Shown here piece after piece: positions 1-9,849 of a stretch of DNA of 32,000 nt. How positions within the stretch are numbered: the first letter of the stretch is position 1; each line of letters starts with the position of its first letter. Source of the stretch: Candidatus Pacearchaeota archaeon (GTDB taxonomy: Archaea > Nanobdellota > Nanobdellia > Pacearchaeales > UBA284); contig CP061211.1 in assembly GCA_026016245.1 (NCBI GenBank), positions 300,001 through 332,000 on the forward strand, written 5' to 3'. The translations under genes were made by a program, and so were the position numbers. The notes beneath the pieces are model-generated. The model had not been told where the DNA came from and did no database searches. It saw only the letters and a list, made by a program, of their open reading frames with translations.

Positions 1-1035
1 AGGAGCAATCAAGATTAATTTCTTTATCCTTTTCTTTGTTTCTCCTAACCACCTAATCAAAAAACCTCCTCCCCCGCTATGTCCAATTAAAACACTATTT
101 TCATTAATATTCAAATTTTTAAATTCTTTCTTCCAATCATTATATTTTGGATTCCAGTTATTAGGCATTAATGGAGCTTCTGTTTTAATTCCTTTTTTTT
201 CAAGTTGTTTCTTAATCCAAGGAATCCAATGTCTTTCATTTTGCGGAGGTTCTCCTCTAGCTAACTTTTCTTTATCTTTTTTATTTACTCCATGAACAAC
301 CACGCAGTTAATATCCTTATCCTCAATCTCAAAATCAATATCAACACCATGACTCTTGCCTATCCAATATTTTTGCATTAACTTAATATCTTCTGGCCAA
401 TCCTTTAGTTTGTCAATTTTATCATAAAGCTCTGAAGCATATTTTGTAATTTTGAAAAACCACTGCTCTAATTGCTTTATCTCAACTTCTGTATCTTCAT
501 GACGCCAACATTTTCCATTAATAACTTGCTCGTTTGCCAGAACAGTTTTACATCTTGGACAGTAATTAACAGGAGCTTTCTTTCTGTAAGCTATTCCCTT
601 CTTAAACATCTGCAAGAAAATCCATTGATCCCACTTGTAATAACTAAGATCATGAGTCATAACTAAGCGAGACCAATCATAACTTATGCCAAGACCTTTC
701 TGTTGTTTGATAAAGTTGGAAATTGCTCTATCTGTATATTTTTTAGGATGAATTTTTTCTTTGATAGCTGCATTTTCTGCTGGTAATCCTAAAGAATCAT
801 AGCCCATTGGATAAAGAACATTATAGCCTTGCATTCTCATAAATCTAGCATAAATATCCCCAATAGTATAATTAAAAGCATGACCCATATGCAAGCCATA
901 AGCAGAAGGATATGGAAACATCTCTAATACATAGAATTTCTTCTTTCCCTTCTTCTCACTAACAACAAAGATTTTTTTCTTTTCCCACTCTTGCTGCCAC
1001 TTTTTTTCGATGGCTTGGAAGTTAAATCTTGCCAT
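1..1035 (-). CDS. leuS: Leucyl-tRNA synthetase, N-terminal part (runs off window start), with an embedded RBBP9/YdeN-like alpha/beta-hydrolase segment
   Basis: Manual minus-strand translation from ATG at 1035: [91 protein letters not shown]...[42 protein letters not shown]...[15 protein letters not shown] (class I LeuRS motifs), then [11 protein letters not shown]...[72 protein letters not shown]. Confidence 0.9.
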   Translation of the reverse strand, partial: MARFNFQAIEKKWQQEWEKKKIFVVSEKKGKKKFYVLEMFPYPSAYGLHMGHAFNYTIGDIYARFMRMQGYNVLYPMGYDSLGLPAENAAIKEKIHPKKYTDRAISNFIKQQKGLGISYDWSRLVMTHDLSYYKWDQWIFLQMFKKGIAYRKKAPVNYCPRCKTVLANEQVINGKCWRHEDTEVEIKQLEQWFFKITKYASELYDKIDKLKDWPEDIKLMQKYWIGKSHGVDIDFEIEDKDINCVVVHGVNKKDKEKLARGEPPQNERHWIPWIKKQLEKKGIKTEAPLMPNNWNPKYNDWKKEFKNLNINENSVLIGHSGGGGFLIRWLGETKKRIKKLILIAP

Positions 1036-1092
1036 ATGGAACTAAAGAATAAGATATTTTTAAATCTTAAGAAAAATTAAGAATATTAAAAA

Positions 1093-2007
1093 TCAGGAAG
1101 TCACATATAAATTTGAATTTTTATCAATCAAGCTAGCTCCCATACCTTTTCCAAACCAATAAGAATTTTGTGATTGCATACTGAATAATAAGTCAAATAA
1201 ACCTATCTCTCTTTGGTATTCCTTTATATTTACCTTTATTTCTAATTGTTCTTCAATATAATTTATTGCCTCTTCTTTTGTTCCTAACTGATCAACTAAA
1301 CCAAGATCTTTAGCTTCCTTGCCTAGATAAAACATTCCGTCAGCTAATTCTCTAACTTGTTCTTCTGTCATTCCCCTATTTTGAGCAACTTCTTTTACAA
1401 AGTCTTCATAAATAATATCAAGTTTTTTCAGGATCATTTCCCTCTCTTCATCTGTAAGTTCTCTGAAAGGGCTCATGACATCTTTATGTTCTCCAGAAGT
1501 AAGTTTTTCATAAGTTACATTATATCTTTCAAGCATGCCAGAAATTTCTAAATATGAAGCTATGACTCCTATTGAGCCTGTGAAACTTAGAGGATGTGCT
1601 ATTATATGGTCACAAGCACTTGCAACCCAATATGCTCCTGAAGTTCCTTGTTCTCTTATTAATGCTATGGTCAATTTTTCTTGTCTTGCTTTTTTTATTG
1701 CTTCTGCTATTTCACTTGAAGCAACAGCTGAACCGCCAGGACTGTTGATTTCAAAAATTATTGCCTTGATTTTTGAATCTTTTGTTGCATCTTCAATATA
1801 GGAAACAATCTCATCTGAACTTGCTGCCCTCTGAAGCATAAAATTAAAGCCTCCTGTTGTTGTGATTGTACCTTCTACAGGAATTAAAGCAACATTTTTT
1901 CCAAAATCTCCTTTACCAGCAAAAAGAACAACTATTACAACAAGAGCAATAACAGCGATAATAATTCCTATAACAATATTTCTTCCTTTTCCTCTGCCTC
2001 TTTTCAT
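1093..2007 (-). CDS. sppA: S49 family peptidase, signal peptide peptidase SppA-like
   Basis: N-terminal transmembrane segment; IFEINSPGGSAVASSEIAEAI and TGSIGVIASYLEISGMLERYNVTYEKLTSGEHKD motifs. Confidence 0.9.
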   Translation of the reverse strand: MKRGRGKGRNIVIGIIIAVIALVVIVVLFAGKGDFGKNVALIPVEGTITTTGGFNFMLQRAASSDEIVSYIEDATKDSKIKAIIFEINSPGGSAVASSEIAEAIKKARQEKLTIALIREQGTSGAYWVASACDHIIAHPLSFTGSIGVIASYLEISGMLERYNVTYEKLTSGEHKDVMSPFRELTDEEREMILKKLDIIYEDFVKEVAQNRGMTEEQVRELADGMFYLGKEAKDLGLVDQLGTKEEAINYIEEQLEIKVNIKEYQREIGLFDLLFSMQSQNSYWFGKGMGASLIDKNSNLYVTS

Positions 2008-2108
2008 AACAGCTGAAAGAAAATTGTTTTTATAAATGTGATGATTATTTCTTTTAACAATAATGTTTATAATCTATTTTTGATTTGAAATTCTGGCTAA
2101 GGTGAAAA

Positions 2109-2492
2109 ATGGATATAAAAGAACAAGTAAAAACATATGTTGGTGGGCAAATAGAAATTCAGAATTCATTTGAGGAGTATATTTATAGAGGAGAAATTGA
2201 GAGAATTTCTATTGAAAAAGGAAGTTGTGGCGATGAACTTCATGTTGGATTGGCATGGTTAGCAAAAGGTAAGGGATTTCCTCCGCAAGGATGGGTTAAA
2301 GATGATAAACAAGATTATTATCGTGCAAGTCTATTAATATATTCTATCTTTCCTATAAGTGATGGAAGAATATGTTGTAATTCATCTATTAATCACGAAA
2401 CTGTTGTTTTATTTCCAAAAAATGGAAGTAAATTAGATCCTTCTAAAGTTGAAGGTTTAGAGGCAAAATTTGAAGAAACAGGAACTAAATGA
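2109..2492 (+). CDS. Hypothetical protein
   Basis: 127 aa ORF, clean coding composition, directly followed by next ORF. Confidence 0.6.
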   Translation: MDIKEQVKTYVGGQIEIQNSFEEYIYRGEIERISIEKGSCGDELHVGLAWLAKGKGFPPQGWVKDDKQDYYRASLLIYSIFPISDGRICCNSSINHETVVLFPKNGSKLDPSKVEGLEAKFEETGTK

Positions 2493-3057
2493 AATGGGAA
2501 AGACCAGATATATTTCTAAAAATAAGTTAAAAGAAATTCTTGAAGAGCTTTCGCAAATTCCTATGGCTAATCCTCTTATTGAACTTTTTGCACGTGAAAT
2601 AGATCTACAAACCATAATGTACAAAGAGGGAAGTTGTTATTATACAAATAATCCTAATTATAAAGATCATGAAATCTTTGGTAAAGTAAAAGAAAAGAAT
2701 TTAGATATTGAAGTCGCACTAGCCCTTCGTCAACAAAATAACAAATTAAATTTGGATTTTTATTCTGGAGATATTAAAGAAGTGATGTCTACAGGTGATT
2801 CAGATTCAGCTTTCTGTAATTATTTTTGTTATATTTCAGCTGGTTCTAAAGATACAGGAGTTTGGGCATATGGAAAAGGAGATCAAAAAACTCTTGGAAT
2901 CTCAGTTCATTTTTATAGTGATATTAATTTACCTACAAAAAAAGGACGATGGTTTTTTAACCTGATGAAATGGTTTTCTCTAATAGCTACTGAATTTCAT
3001 CTTGATATTCATGAACAACCTATTTTTTGGGGTGGAGATAAAGAAAATCCCCCTTAA
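2491..3057 (+). CDS. Hypothetical protein (annotated ORF start 2470; a start near 2491 is more likely)
   Basis: ORF overlapping the stop of the previous gene; no recognisable family. Confidence 0.55.
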   Translation, partial: EMGKTRYISKNKLKEILEELSQIPMANPLIELFAREIDLQTIMYKEGSCYYTNNPNYKDHEIFGKVKEKNLDIEVALALRQQNNKLNLDFYSGDIKEVMSTGDSDSAFCNYFCYISAGSKDTGVWAYGKGDQKTLGISVHFYSDINLPTKKGRWFFNLMKWFSLIATEFHLDIHEQPIFWGGDKENPP

Positions 3058-3133
3058 TTTCTAATTTTTTTATTTATCGAAACATTTAAATAGTATACAT
3101 TTGTGTGTATACACAGGAAATATATATAACAAA

Positions 3134-3514
3134 ATGAAAATGCCAGATTTTTTTGATGAAATAGTATCTTGTAGTAATTGCGGAAAAAAGATGACTAAAA
3201 GCAAGATTAGTAAAAATGGATTTTTTATTAGAGTTCTTGAATGTAAAAAGTGTAATAAGAAAATCTATCATCCTGCTGATGTTGAAGAATATAAAAGATT
3301 TTCTAGATTAAAACAAAGACCTTTTTCTGTAAAGTTGAGAATGGTTGGTAACAGCTATACTGTAAGCATTCCTAGAGAGATAATTAATTTTCAAAAAGAG
3401 ATGCATAAGGAAATGGAAAAGCATATGGATGAGATGAATAAATTTGTTCGTTTGTGTATGGATGGTCCTAGAAAAATTTCTTTAATGTTTGATGAAGAAG
3501 AGGAGGAAGAATAA
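3134..3514 (+). CDS. Zinc-ribbon plus AbrB/SpoVT-like DNA-binding protein
   Basis: CSNCGKKM...CKKCNKK zinc ribbon followed by FSVKLRMVGNSYTVSIPREII (AbrB-like swapped-hairpin signature) and acidic tail; ATG at 3134. Confidence 0.65.
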   Translation: MKMPDFFDEIVSCSNCGKKMTKSKISKNGFFIRVLECKKCNKKIYHPADVEEYKRFSRLKQRPFSVKLRMVGNSYTVSIPREIINFQKEMHKEMEKHMDEMNKFVRLCMDGPRKISLMFDEEEEEE

Positions 3515-3515
3515 A

Positions 3516-5825
3516 ATGATAACAAAAGCTAATGATAAGTTTGTGAAGTTGAAGGTAATGGAAGCATTGCAAGAAGATGCTTATAAAGGAATTGCTCGGA
3601 TAGACACTGTAACTATGAAAGCTCTTAGTGTAAGGCCAGGAGATGTTATTTTAATTTCTGGCTCAAGAGAGAGTATTGCTATAGTTGATAGAGCTTATCC
3701 TTCAGATGTTGGTGAAAAAATAATTAGGGTTGATGGTATAATTAGAAGGAATGCTAAAACTGGTATTGGAGAGATAGTTACTGTCACAAAAGCTGATGTA
3801 AAAGAGGCTAAAAAAGTTACTATAGCACCAGCACAAAAAGGTATAATGATTAGAGCTGGACCAGGGGCAGTAGAAAATTTCAAAAGAGGATTGTTAGGAA
3901 GAGCTGTTATGACTGGTGATTTAGTTGTTATAGGCGGGGCCAAGAGAAGACAAGAACTTATGGCTTCTAGTTTTGAAGATTTATTTGATATTTTTGGAGA
4001 AGCTTTTGGTGGCATGGGTAGTTTTGGTTTCCCTGGCTTTGAATCAAAATTTGTTGTAGCTAACACTAATCCAAAGCAGCCAGTTATTATAACTGAAACA
4101 ACGGAACTTATTCTAAATCCTAAAGCTGTTGAAATTATTGAAGAGAGAGTTCCTGAAGTTACTTATGAGGATATAGGTGGTTTAAAAGGAGAGGTTGAAA
4201 AGGTTAGAGAAATGGTTGAGTTGCCTTTGAAACATCCAGAAATTTTCTCAAGGTTAGGAATTGAGCCACCTAAAGGTGTTCTTTTGTTTGGACCTCCTGG
4301 ATGTGGTAAAACTTTGTTAGCTAAGGCTGTTGCAACTGAAAGTGAGGCTAATTTTATCTTATTAAACGGACCAGAAATCATGAGCAAGTTTTATGGAGAG
4401 AGTGAGAAAAGAATTAGAGATTTGTTTGATCAAGCTGAGAAAAATGCCCCAAGTATTATTTTTATAGATGAAATTGATGCTATTGCTCCAAAAAGAGAAG
4501 ATTCTTTTGGTGAAGTTGAGAGAAGAGTTGTTTCTCAATTATTAACTTGTATGGATGGTTTGAAGACTAGAGGTAGAGTAGTTGTTATTGGCGCAACTAA
4601 CATACCAAATTCACTTGATCCTGCTTTACGTAGACCAGGAAGGTTTGACAGAGAAGTTGGTATTGGTGTTCCTGACAAAAAAGGGAGGTTAGAGATATTA
4701 AAAATTCATACTAGAAATATGCCCCTCACTAAGGATGTTGATTTAAAAGACTTGGCTAGAATAACTCATGGTTTTGTTGGAGCAGATTTATCTGCTTTGA
4801 GTAAGGAAGCTGCTATGACTGTTTTAAGAAGATTGCTTCCTAGAATAAAACTTAAGGAAGATGAGCCAATCCCACGAGATCTACTTGATAAATTAAAAGT
4901 TACAAAAAAAGATTTTAGGGAAGCATTAAAATTTGTTCAGCCATCTGCTATGAGAGAAGTTTTAGTTGAAAGTCCTAATATTAAATGGGAAGATATTGGT
5001 GGCATGGAAAATGTTAAACAAGAATTAAAAGAAGCAGTAGAATGGCCACTAAAATATCCTGATTCATTCAAAAAGATAGGAATAAATCCTCCTCAAGGAA
5101 TCCTCCTTTATGGGCCCCCAGGAACTGGTAAAACTTTGTTAGCTAAAGCTGTTGCAACTGAAAGTGAGGCAAATTTTATACAGGTGAAGGGCCCTTCACT
5201 CCTTAGTATGTGGGTGGGTAAGTCTGAGGAGGGAGTCAGAAAGATTTTCGAGAGAGCTAAGCAGGTAGCTCCTTGTATAATTTTCTTTGATGAAATTGAT
5301 TCACTAGCAGGCAGAAGAGGGGTAGAGATGGGAACAAGAGTAACTGAAAGGGTTTTAAATCAACTTCTGGCTGAAATGGATGGAATTGAGAATTTGCATG
5401 ATGTTGTTGTTATAGGAGCAACTAACAGGCCAGATATGTTAGATCCTGCATTGCTAAGGCCAGGAAGATTTGACAGGCTTATCTATACAAATGCTCCAAA
5501 TGCTGAAGAAAGATTAGAAATTTTCAAAGTTCATACAAAAAACATGCCTATAGCTAAAGATGTCAATATTAAGTTATTGGCACAGAAAACCAATAGCCAT
5601 AGTGGAGCTGATATTGAAGCAGTATGTAGAGAGGCTGGAATGCTGGCATTAAGAGAAAATATTAATGCTAAAGAAGTAAAGAAAAAACATTTTGAGCAAG
5701 CAATGAAAAAATTCAGTGGAAGTGTAACAGAAGATACAGTTAAAAGATATAAAGAGATAGAAAGAACTTATCTCAGAAATGCTGGCTCAAATCTTGAAAA
5801 TCCTATCCAGAGATATACTGGTTAA
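3516..5825 (+). CDS. Cdc48/VCP-like AAA+ ATPase (N domain, D1, D2)
   Basis: Two Walker A/B sets ([32 protein letters not shown]; [32 protein letters not shown]) and N-terminal double-psi barrel-like region. Confidence 0.95.
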   Translation: MITKANDKFVKLKVMEALQEDAYKGIARIDTVTMKALSVRPGDVILISGSRESIAIVDRAYPSDVGEKIIRVDGIIRRNAKTGIGEIVTVTKADVKEAKKVTIAPAQKGIMIRAGPGAVENFKRGLLGRAVMTGDLVVIGGAKRRQELMASSFEDLFDIFGEAFGGMGSFGFPGFESKFVVANTNPKQPVIITETTELILNPKAVEIIEERVPEVTYEDIGGLKGEVEKVREMVELPLKHPEIFSRLGIEPPKGVLLFGPPGCGKTLLAKAVATESEANFILLNGPEIMSKFYGESEKRIRDLFDQAEKNAPSIIFIDEIDAIAPKREDSFGEVERRVVSQLLTCMDGLKTRGRVVVIGATNIPNSLDPALRRPGRFDREVGIGVPDKKGRLEILKIHTRNMPLTKDVDLKDLARITHGFVGADLSALSKEAAMTVLRRLLPRIKLKEDEPIPRDLLDKLKVTKKDFREALKFVQPSAMREVLVESPNIKWEDIGGMENVKQELKEAVEWPLKYPDSFKKIGINPPQGILLYGPPGTGKTLLAKAVATESEANFIQVKGPSLLSMWVGKSEEGVRKIFERAKQVAPCIIFFDEIDSLAGRRGVEMGTRVTERVLNQLLAEMDGIENLHDVVVIGATNRPDMLDPALLRPGRFDRLIYTNAPNAEERLEIFKVHTKNMPIAKDVNIKLLAQKTNSHSGADIEAVCREAGMLALRENINAKEVKKKHFEQAMKKFSGSVTEDTVKRYKEIERTYLRNAGSNLENPIQRYTG

Positions 5826-5828
5826 AAT

Positions 5829-6020
5829 TTAAAGATTTTGGTATTTTCTTATTTGATCTTTGGGAATATATAGATTATTAAAATCTTTTTTAATATCCTC
5901 AATTTTTATTTCAGTATTTTCATCTTTCCTTTTTATATCTTTCTCATAAAAAATACTATAAAACTTGAAAAGTATTTTTTCTACCCATTTTGTAATTTTA
6001 TATGAAATTTTTTCTTCCAT
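5829..6020 (-). CDS. Hypothetical protein
   Basis: 63 aa ORF abutting map gene. Confidence 0.35.
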   Translation of the reverse strand: MEEKISYKITKWVEKILFKFYSIFYEKDIKRKDENTEIKIEDIKKDFNNLYIPKDQIRKYQNL

Positions 6021-6021
6021 T

Positions 6022-6918
6022 TCATTCCCCTTTTGTCAAAACTTCACAACCATCAGCTGTCACAAGAACAGTATGCTCAGCTTGACTTACTGGTGATTTT
6101 GTCTTCTCAATAAGTTGTTTAAAATGGTGTAAGGCATTAGCTTGTTCTAAGAGTCTTAGAGAAAATAATGCACGAGTTCCAAACTTCTTTACTAGCCATC
6201 TTGATGAGAAAGGCAGTTCTTTATATTCTTTCTCTATAAATTCAAGAATTTTCCTAGCATTTATATCTCTTGTTGGTTCATAACTTGTAAATTTATAAAT
6301 TCCACTCTGTCTTCCATCTTGAACAATACCTTCTCCTGTTGTTGCAAAAGGTTCTATTGCAAGAATCATTCCTTCTTTTAATTTTGTTGTATTCCCATTA
6401 TCATAGTTTGGAACAGTAAGGCCAGAATGAAGTTTCCAAGGTTTAAGTTCATGACCACTTAAGTTTCTGACAGAAGCAAAATTATAAGTTGCTATTGTAT
6501 CCTGGATTATTTTACCAACTTCCATTAACATTATCCCTGGTCTGATTATCTTGATTGCTTCTTTAAGAGCATATTCTGATGCAAGAATAAGATCTTTGTA
6601 TTTTTGTTCAGGTGTCAGATCAAGACTACAAGCTAAATCAGAAATATAACCATTAATATTAATTCCTAAATCCACCTTGAGCAGACCAGAAGCTTTAGTC
6701 CCATCATTATGTAAGGGACTTGAATGAGCTGCTATTTCATTAATACTTAAATTAATTGGAAAAGCACTTGTTGCTCCTAAACTTTTGATTTTTTTCTCTA
6801 TTTGTTCAGCTATTTCTAGCAAAGGCATTTCTGGCTTGATAATTTTCTTAGCATAAGCCATAACTTCTGCGCCAAGTTTACCTGCTTTCTTCCACTTCTC
6901 TATCTCTTTTTCTTCCAT
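6022..6918 (-). CDS. map: Type II methionine aminopeptidase
   Basis: FPINLSINEIAAHSSPLHNDG, LKVDLGININGYISDLACSLD, LSGHELKPWKLHSGLTVPNY, LAIEPFATTGEG, SQAEHTVLVTADGCEVLT. Confidence 0.92.
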   Translation of the reverse strand: MEEKEIEKWKKAGKLGAEVMAYAKKIIKPEMPLLEIAEQIEKKIKSLGATSAFPINLSINEIAAHSSPLHNDGTKASGLLKVDLGININGYISDLACSLDLTPEQKYKDLILASEYALKEAIKIIRPGIMLMEVGKIIQDTIATYNFASVRNLSGHELKPWKLHSGLTVPNYDNGNTTKLKEGMILAIEPFATTGEGIVQDGRQSGIYKFTSYEPTRDINARKILEFIEKEYKELPFSSRWLVKKFGTRALFSLRLLEQANALHHFKQLIEKTKSPVSQAEHTVLVTADGCEVLTKGE

Positions 6919-6983
6919 AAATACTAAAGAAAAATTAGATTTATAAAATTATAGAATTATTTTTTCTTCTGAACATAGTCTTT

Positions 6984-7388
6984 CTATCTTGGCCAATTTT
7001 TAGATCTAATAAATCCTGCTCTAGGAAAAAAATTGCCCCAAGGGTCGTAATAACCGTCTTCTGTGAAATAAAAAGGACATCCATCTTGTATTTTTATCTT
7101 GGCTTTCTTAAATCTTCCATCTTTCTGACCAATCAACGCAAAATATTGTTTATTTTTTCCATCGTACGCAACTATATCTTCTACACCATCCCCTGTTGCG
7201 TCAAAATAATTTATAGAAGATTGTGATTCTTGTATTTTGTTCATAACATATCCCCCGCCTTTGTAAAGTGTTGCTAAAGTTAGTGCTATAATCATAGGCC
7301 ATTTTAAAGGTTTTATCACTTCTTCGACAAATGAACTACCTACAACCTTTTCCCAAAGATTTTTTTTCTTTAAGTTTATCTTCATCAT
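6984..7388 (-). CDS. Hypothetical membrane/FG-GAP-like protein
   Basis: TM segment, FDATGDGVEDIVAYDGKNKQYFALIGQKDGRFKK. Confidence 0.45.
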   Translation of the reverse strand: MMKINLKKKNLWEKVVGSSFVEEVIKPLKWPMIIALTLATLYKGGGYVMNKIQESQSSINYFDATGDGVEDIVAYDGKNKQYFALIGQKDGRFKKAKIKIQDGCPFYFTEDGYYDPWGNFFPRAGFIRSKNWPR

Positions 7389-7649
7389 TTTTTAACCTCC
7401 TGAATTTTATTTCCATTAGTATTATATAATTTATCTGCTATACAACCAAGCAAAAAGCAGGCTCCGGCAGCAACAGTCTGTCCAGCATCTCCCCTAGCGA
7501 AATGATAACCTGAGAAAAATAAACCACCATATTTATATAATGGGATAAGTTTTGGTGCGAATTCTTCAAAAACTCTACCAGGAACTTTTGCTAAATCTTC
7601 TAAATCTTTTTTCATTTTTTCTTTTAGATTTATTTTATTTTCTTTCATT
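7385..7649 (-). CDS. Hypothetical protein (track ORF starts at 7735; MKENKINLKEKMKK.. start near 7648 is more plausible)
   Basis: ORF; upstream extension overlaps the 3' end of the next gene in another frame. Confidence 0.4.
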
Positions 7650-8258
7650 TTATTTTTTCTCTCCAACAAGACGCGCACCGTCTTCGAGGTCGTAGAAGTC
7701 ACTAGCACCAGCTCCGTGGCTGCCGTAGAGCCCACAGAGGTGCAAGGCGCGCATGTCTGGAACTTCCTGGGTATTTCTTAAATAAAAACCCATAGCTTCT
7801 TTTTCACCATATCTATTTTTAACTTCCTTGAAAACATGCTCAACAATTTTCTCAAGCAATTCTTTATTTCCATTTAAAGCATTTAACCATCCTAAATGTT
7901 TTAAAGCTTCTTTTTCAGTTAATCTTTCACCAAGAATCATATCTTTTCTTTTAAACTCGCTTGCTTTTGCATTTTCATACTCTTCTTGAGTTTTCTTTAT
8001 TCCACCGTTATAAAGCTCGGTTTCTTGAGTTACATTTGCTAAATCTTGTGAATACGGAATAATCTTGAATTTGTCTTGATTGTTTCCTGTATAGAAAATT
8101 CCTGTTGCAGTGTCATAATAACTATCAAAAGAAAGTTGATTCTCTAGTCTTAGCTTTTGTATTTCCTCTGCTGTTGCAGGCTTAAAGCCTTTTTTTCTTA
8201 ATGAAGGCATTATTTCATTGTATGTTCCTTCAAAGATTTTGATTAGTTTTTTTTCCAT
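7650..8258 (-). CDS. Hypothetical protein with compositionally distinct C-terminus
   Basis: 202 aa ORF ending NTQEVPDMRALHLCGLYGSHGAGASDFYDLEDGARLVGEKK; last ~100 nt GC-rich and adenine-poor. Confidence 0.6.
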   Translation of the reverse strand: MEKKLIKIFEGTYNEIMPSLRKKGFKPATAEEIQKLRLENQLSFDSYYDTATGIFYTGNNQDKFKIIPYSQDLANVTQETELYNGGIKKTQEEYENAKASEFKRKDMILGERLTEKEALKHLGWLNALNGNKELLEKIVEHVFKEVKNRYGEKEAMGFYLRNTQEVPDMRALHLCGLYGSHGAGASDFYDLEDGARLVGEKK

Positions 8259-8267
8259 TTTTCCTCC

Positions 8268-9299
8268 TTAAGCAGTCCAAACAGTATTTCTACCCATTTC
8301 TTTGGCTTTGTAAAGAGCTGCATCGACTCTCTTGACAAATTGTTCTCTTTTTTCTCTCCTCTTTCTCTGACCAACGCCAAATGAAGCTGTGATTGTTCTT
8401 TTTGCTTTGTCTGGATAGAATGATTCAATTTCCTTTCTAATGGATTCAGCTAATTTTACAGCATCTTCAAAACTTGAGCTGACAAGTATGGCAAACTCTT
8501 CTCCACCATAACGGCATGCTTTTGCTTTCTTTGCCTTCTTCTGTAGAGTTTTTCCTAAATTAGCTAGAAGCTTATCTCCTTCAACATGTCCATAGGTATC
8601 ATTATAACTCTTGAAAAAGTCAAGGTCTAGGATTATCAAATTTACACGTTTTCTTTTTTCGATTTCTTTTTCCAGCATTGTTATGAAGTATCTTTTGTTG
8701 TATAGGCTTGTAAGTTCATCAACTATGGCTCTCTTAGCTTCTTTTCCATAAAGTTTGCTGTAAAGTTTAACTATCTTTTTTTCTTTTTCATCTACTGTCT
8801 GTTTTAATCTTGCATGTTGTATTGCTGAAGCTGTCTGAACAGCAATGGCATTTAAGATTTTTAAAGTTATGACATGGAAATTTCTATATTGGGCCATTAT
8901 GATCATTGTTCCTATCGGCCCGCTATAAGACATAAGAGGAGCAGAAATCAAGCTTCTTATTCTAAAATTTCTAAGTTTTGTATTAGGACGGGTTTGTTTT
9001 AAAAAAATAGGAGAAGCATTTTTGATAGTGTCTTCAGAAATAACTTTTAAAAGTTCCTCAAATTCAGGATGTAAGTTATCTTTTAATGAGCCTTTAATCT
9101 CAATTTGTCCTTTATTTTCAAGAGCTATGAAAACAAGAGAAACACGGAGCTCTTTATTAATAATTCTTAATACTTTTGTGACAAGTACATCTAAATTATC
9201 TGTAGAATGCACAGCTTTATTTATTGTTTTTAAAACTCTTAGCTCTTTAGTTGTATGAACCAGTTTTCTAACTACTTCTTCGTTTGCCATAAAAATCAT
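8268..9299 (-). CDS. GAF domain plus GGDEF domain protein (putative diguanylate cyclase)
   Basis: ELTSLYNKRYFITMLEKEIE, LDLDFFKSYNDTYGHVEGDKLL, CRYGGEEFAILV, ITASFGVG; N-terminal GAF-like region. Confidence 0.88.
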   Translation of the reverse strand: MIFMANEEVVRKLVHTTKELRVLKTINKAVHSTDNLDVLVTKVLRIINKELRVSLVFIALENKGQIEIKGSLKDNLHPEFEELLKVISEDTIKNASPIFLKQTRPNTKLRNFRIRSLISAPLMSYSGPIGTMIIMAQYRNFHVITLKILNAIAVQTASAIQHARLKQTVDEKEKKIVKLYSKLYGKEAKRAIVDELTSLYNKRYFITMLEKEIEKRKRVNLIILDLDFFKSYNDTYGHVEGDKLLANLGKTLQKKAKKAKACRYGGEEFAILVSSSFEDAVKLAESIRKEIESFYPDKAKRTITASFGVGQRKRREKREQFVKRVDAALYKAKEMGRNTVWTA

Positions 9300-9348
9300 A
9301 AGAAAAAAGAGTTTTTAAATCTTACTATTTGTCACTATTGTATAGTTA

Positions 9349-9849
9349 TTACAATATCCTTCTTTCTTTTGGGACAAAATTAAGTATCTTCTTGCCAGTA
9401 GATTTACCGCAACCCAGGATATTAGAATCATATCTGAGAAGAATATAGCCTCTAATTCCTATATCTTTGTCTAAATCCTGGCCTTTAAGCCATTTCCTAG
9501 CTTCAATATCACTCAGATCAATAATATTCTTAGCTGCTTTTCCAAAAATAGTGGTAGAATCAAAACTTAATCTCAGTTTCTGATCTTTAAAAAATGCAAA
9601 ATACATGCCAATAATATCTATAGTAAGAAGCTTATTCATAATTCTTAAATCCTGCGCAGGTAGATTCCCTGTAAAAATCCTTATCTTATCTTTGCCTGCC
9701 TTGATTAGATGATATTTGAATGGAATCTTGATGCCATAATTCTTCTCAAGCAGATTTTCTATCTCAATTCTTTTGTTTCTTTTTAATATCTCTAACATTT
9801 TCTTTTCATTTTTATAATTTTTTCTTTTCTTCTGTTTAATATAAACCAA
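9349..9849 (-). CDS. NIP7/RsmF-associated PUA-like RNA-binding protein
   Basis: LIKAGKDKIRIFTG, IDIIGMYFAF, LRLSFDSTTIFGKAAKNIIDL, GYILLRYDSNILGCGK, LNFVPKERRIL. Confidence 0.6.
   Translation of the reverse strand: MVYIKQKKRKNYKNEKKMLEILKRNKRIEIENLLEKNYGIKIPFKYHLIKAGKDKIRIFTGNLPAQDLRIMNKLLTIDIIGMYFAFFKDQKLRLSFDSTTIFGKAAKNIIDLSDIEARKWLKGQDLDKDIGIRGYILLRYDSNILGCGKSTGKKILNFVPKERRIL

Noticed and set aside
1357-1801. Plus-strand ORFs opposite sppA
   Set aside because: Antisense to a strongly supported S49 peptidase gene.
7650-7760. Complete diversity-generating retroelement
   Set aside because: Only a variable-region-like segment is visible; no reverse transcriptase, template repeat or Avd-like gene in the window, so only a tentative finding is recorded.
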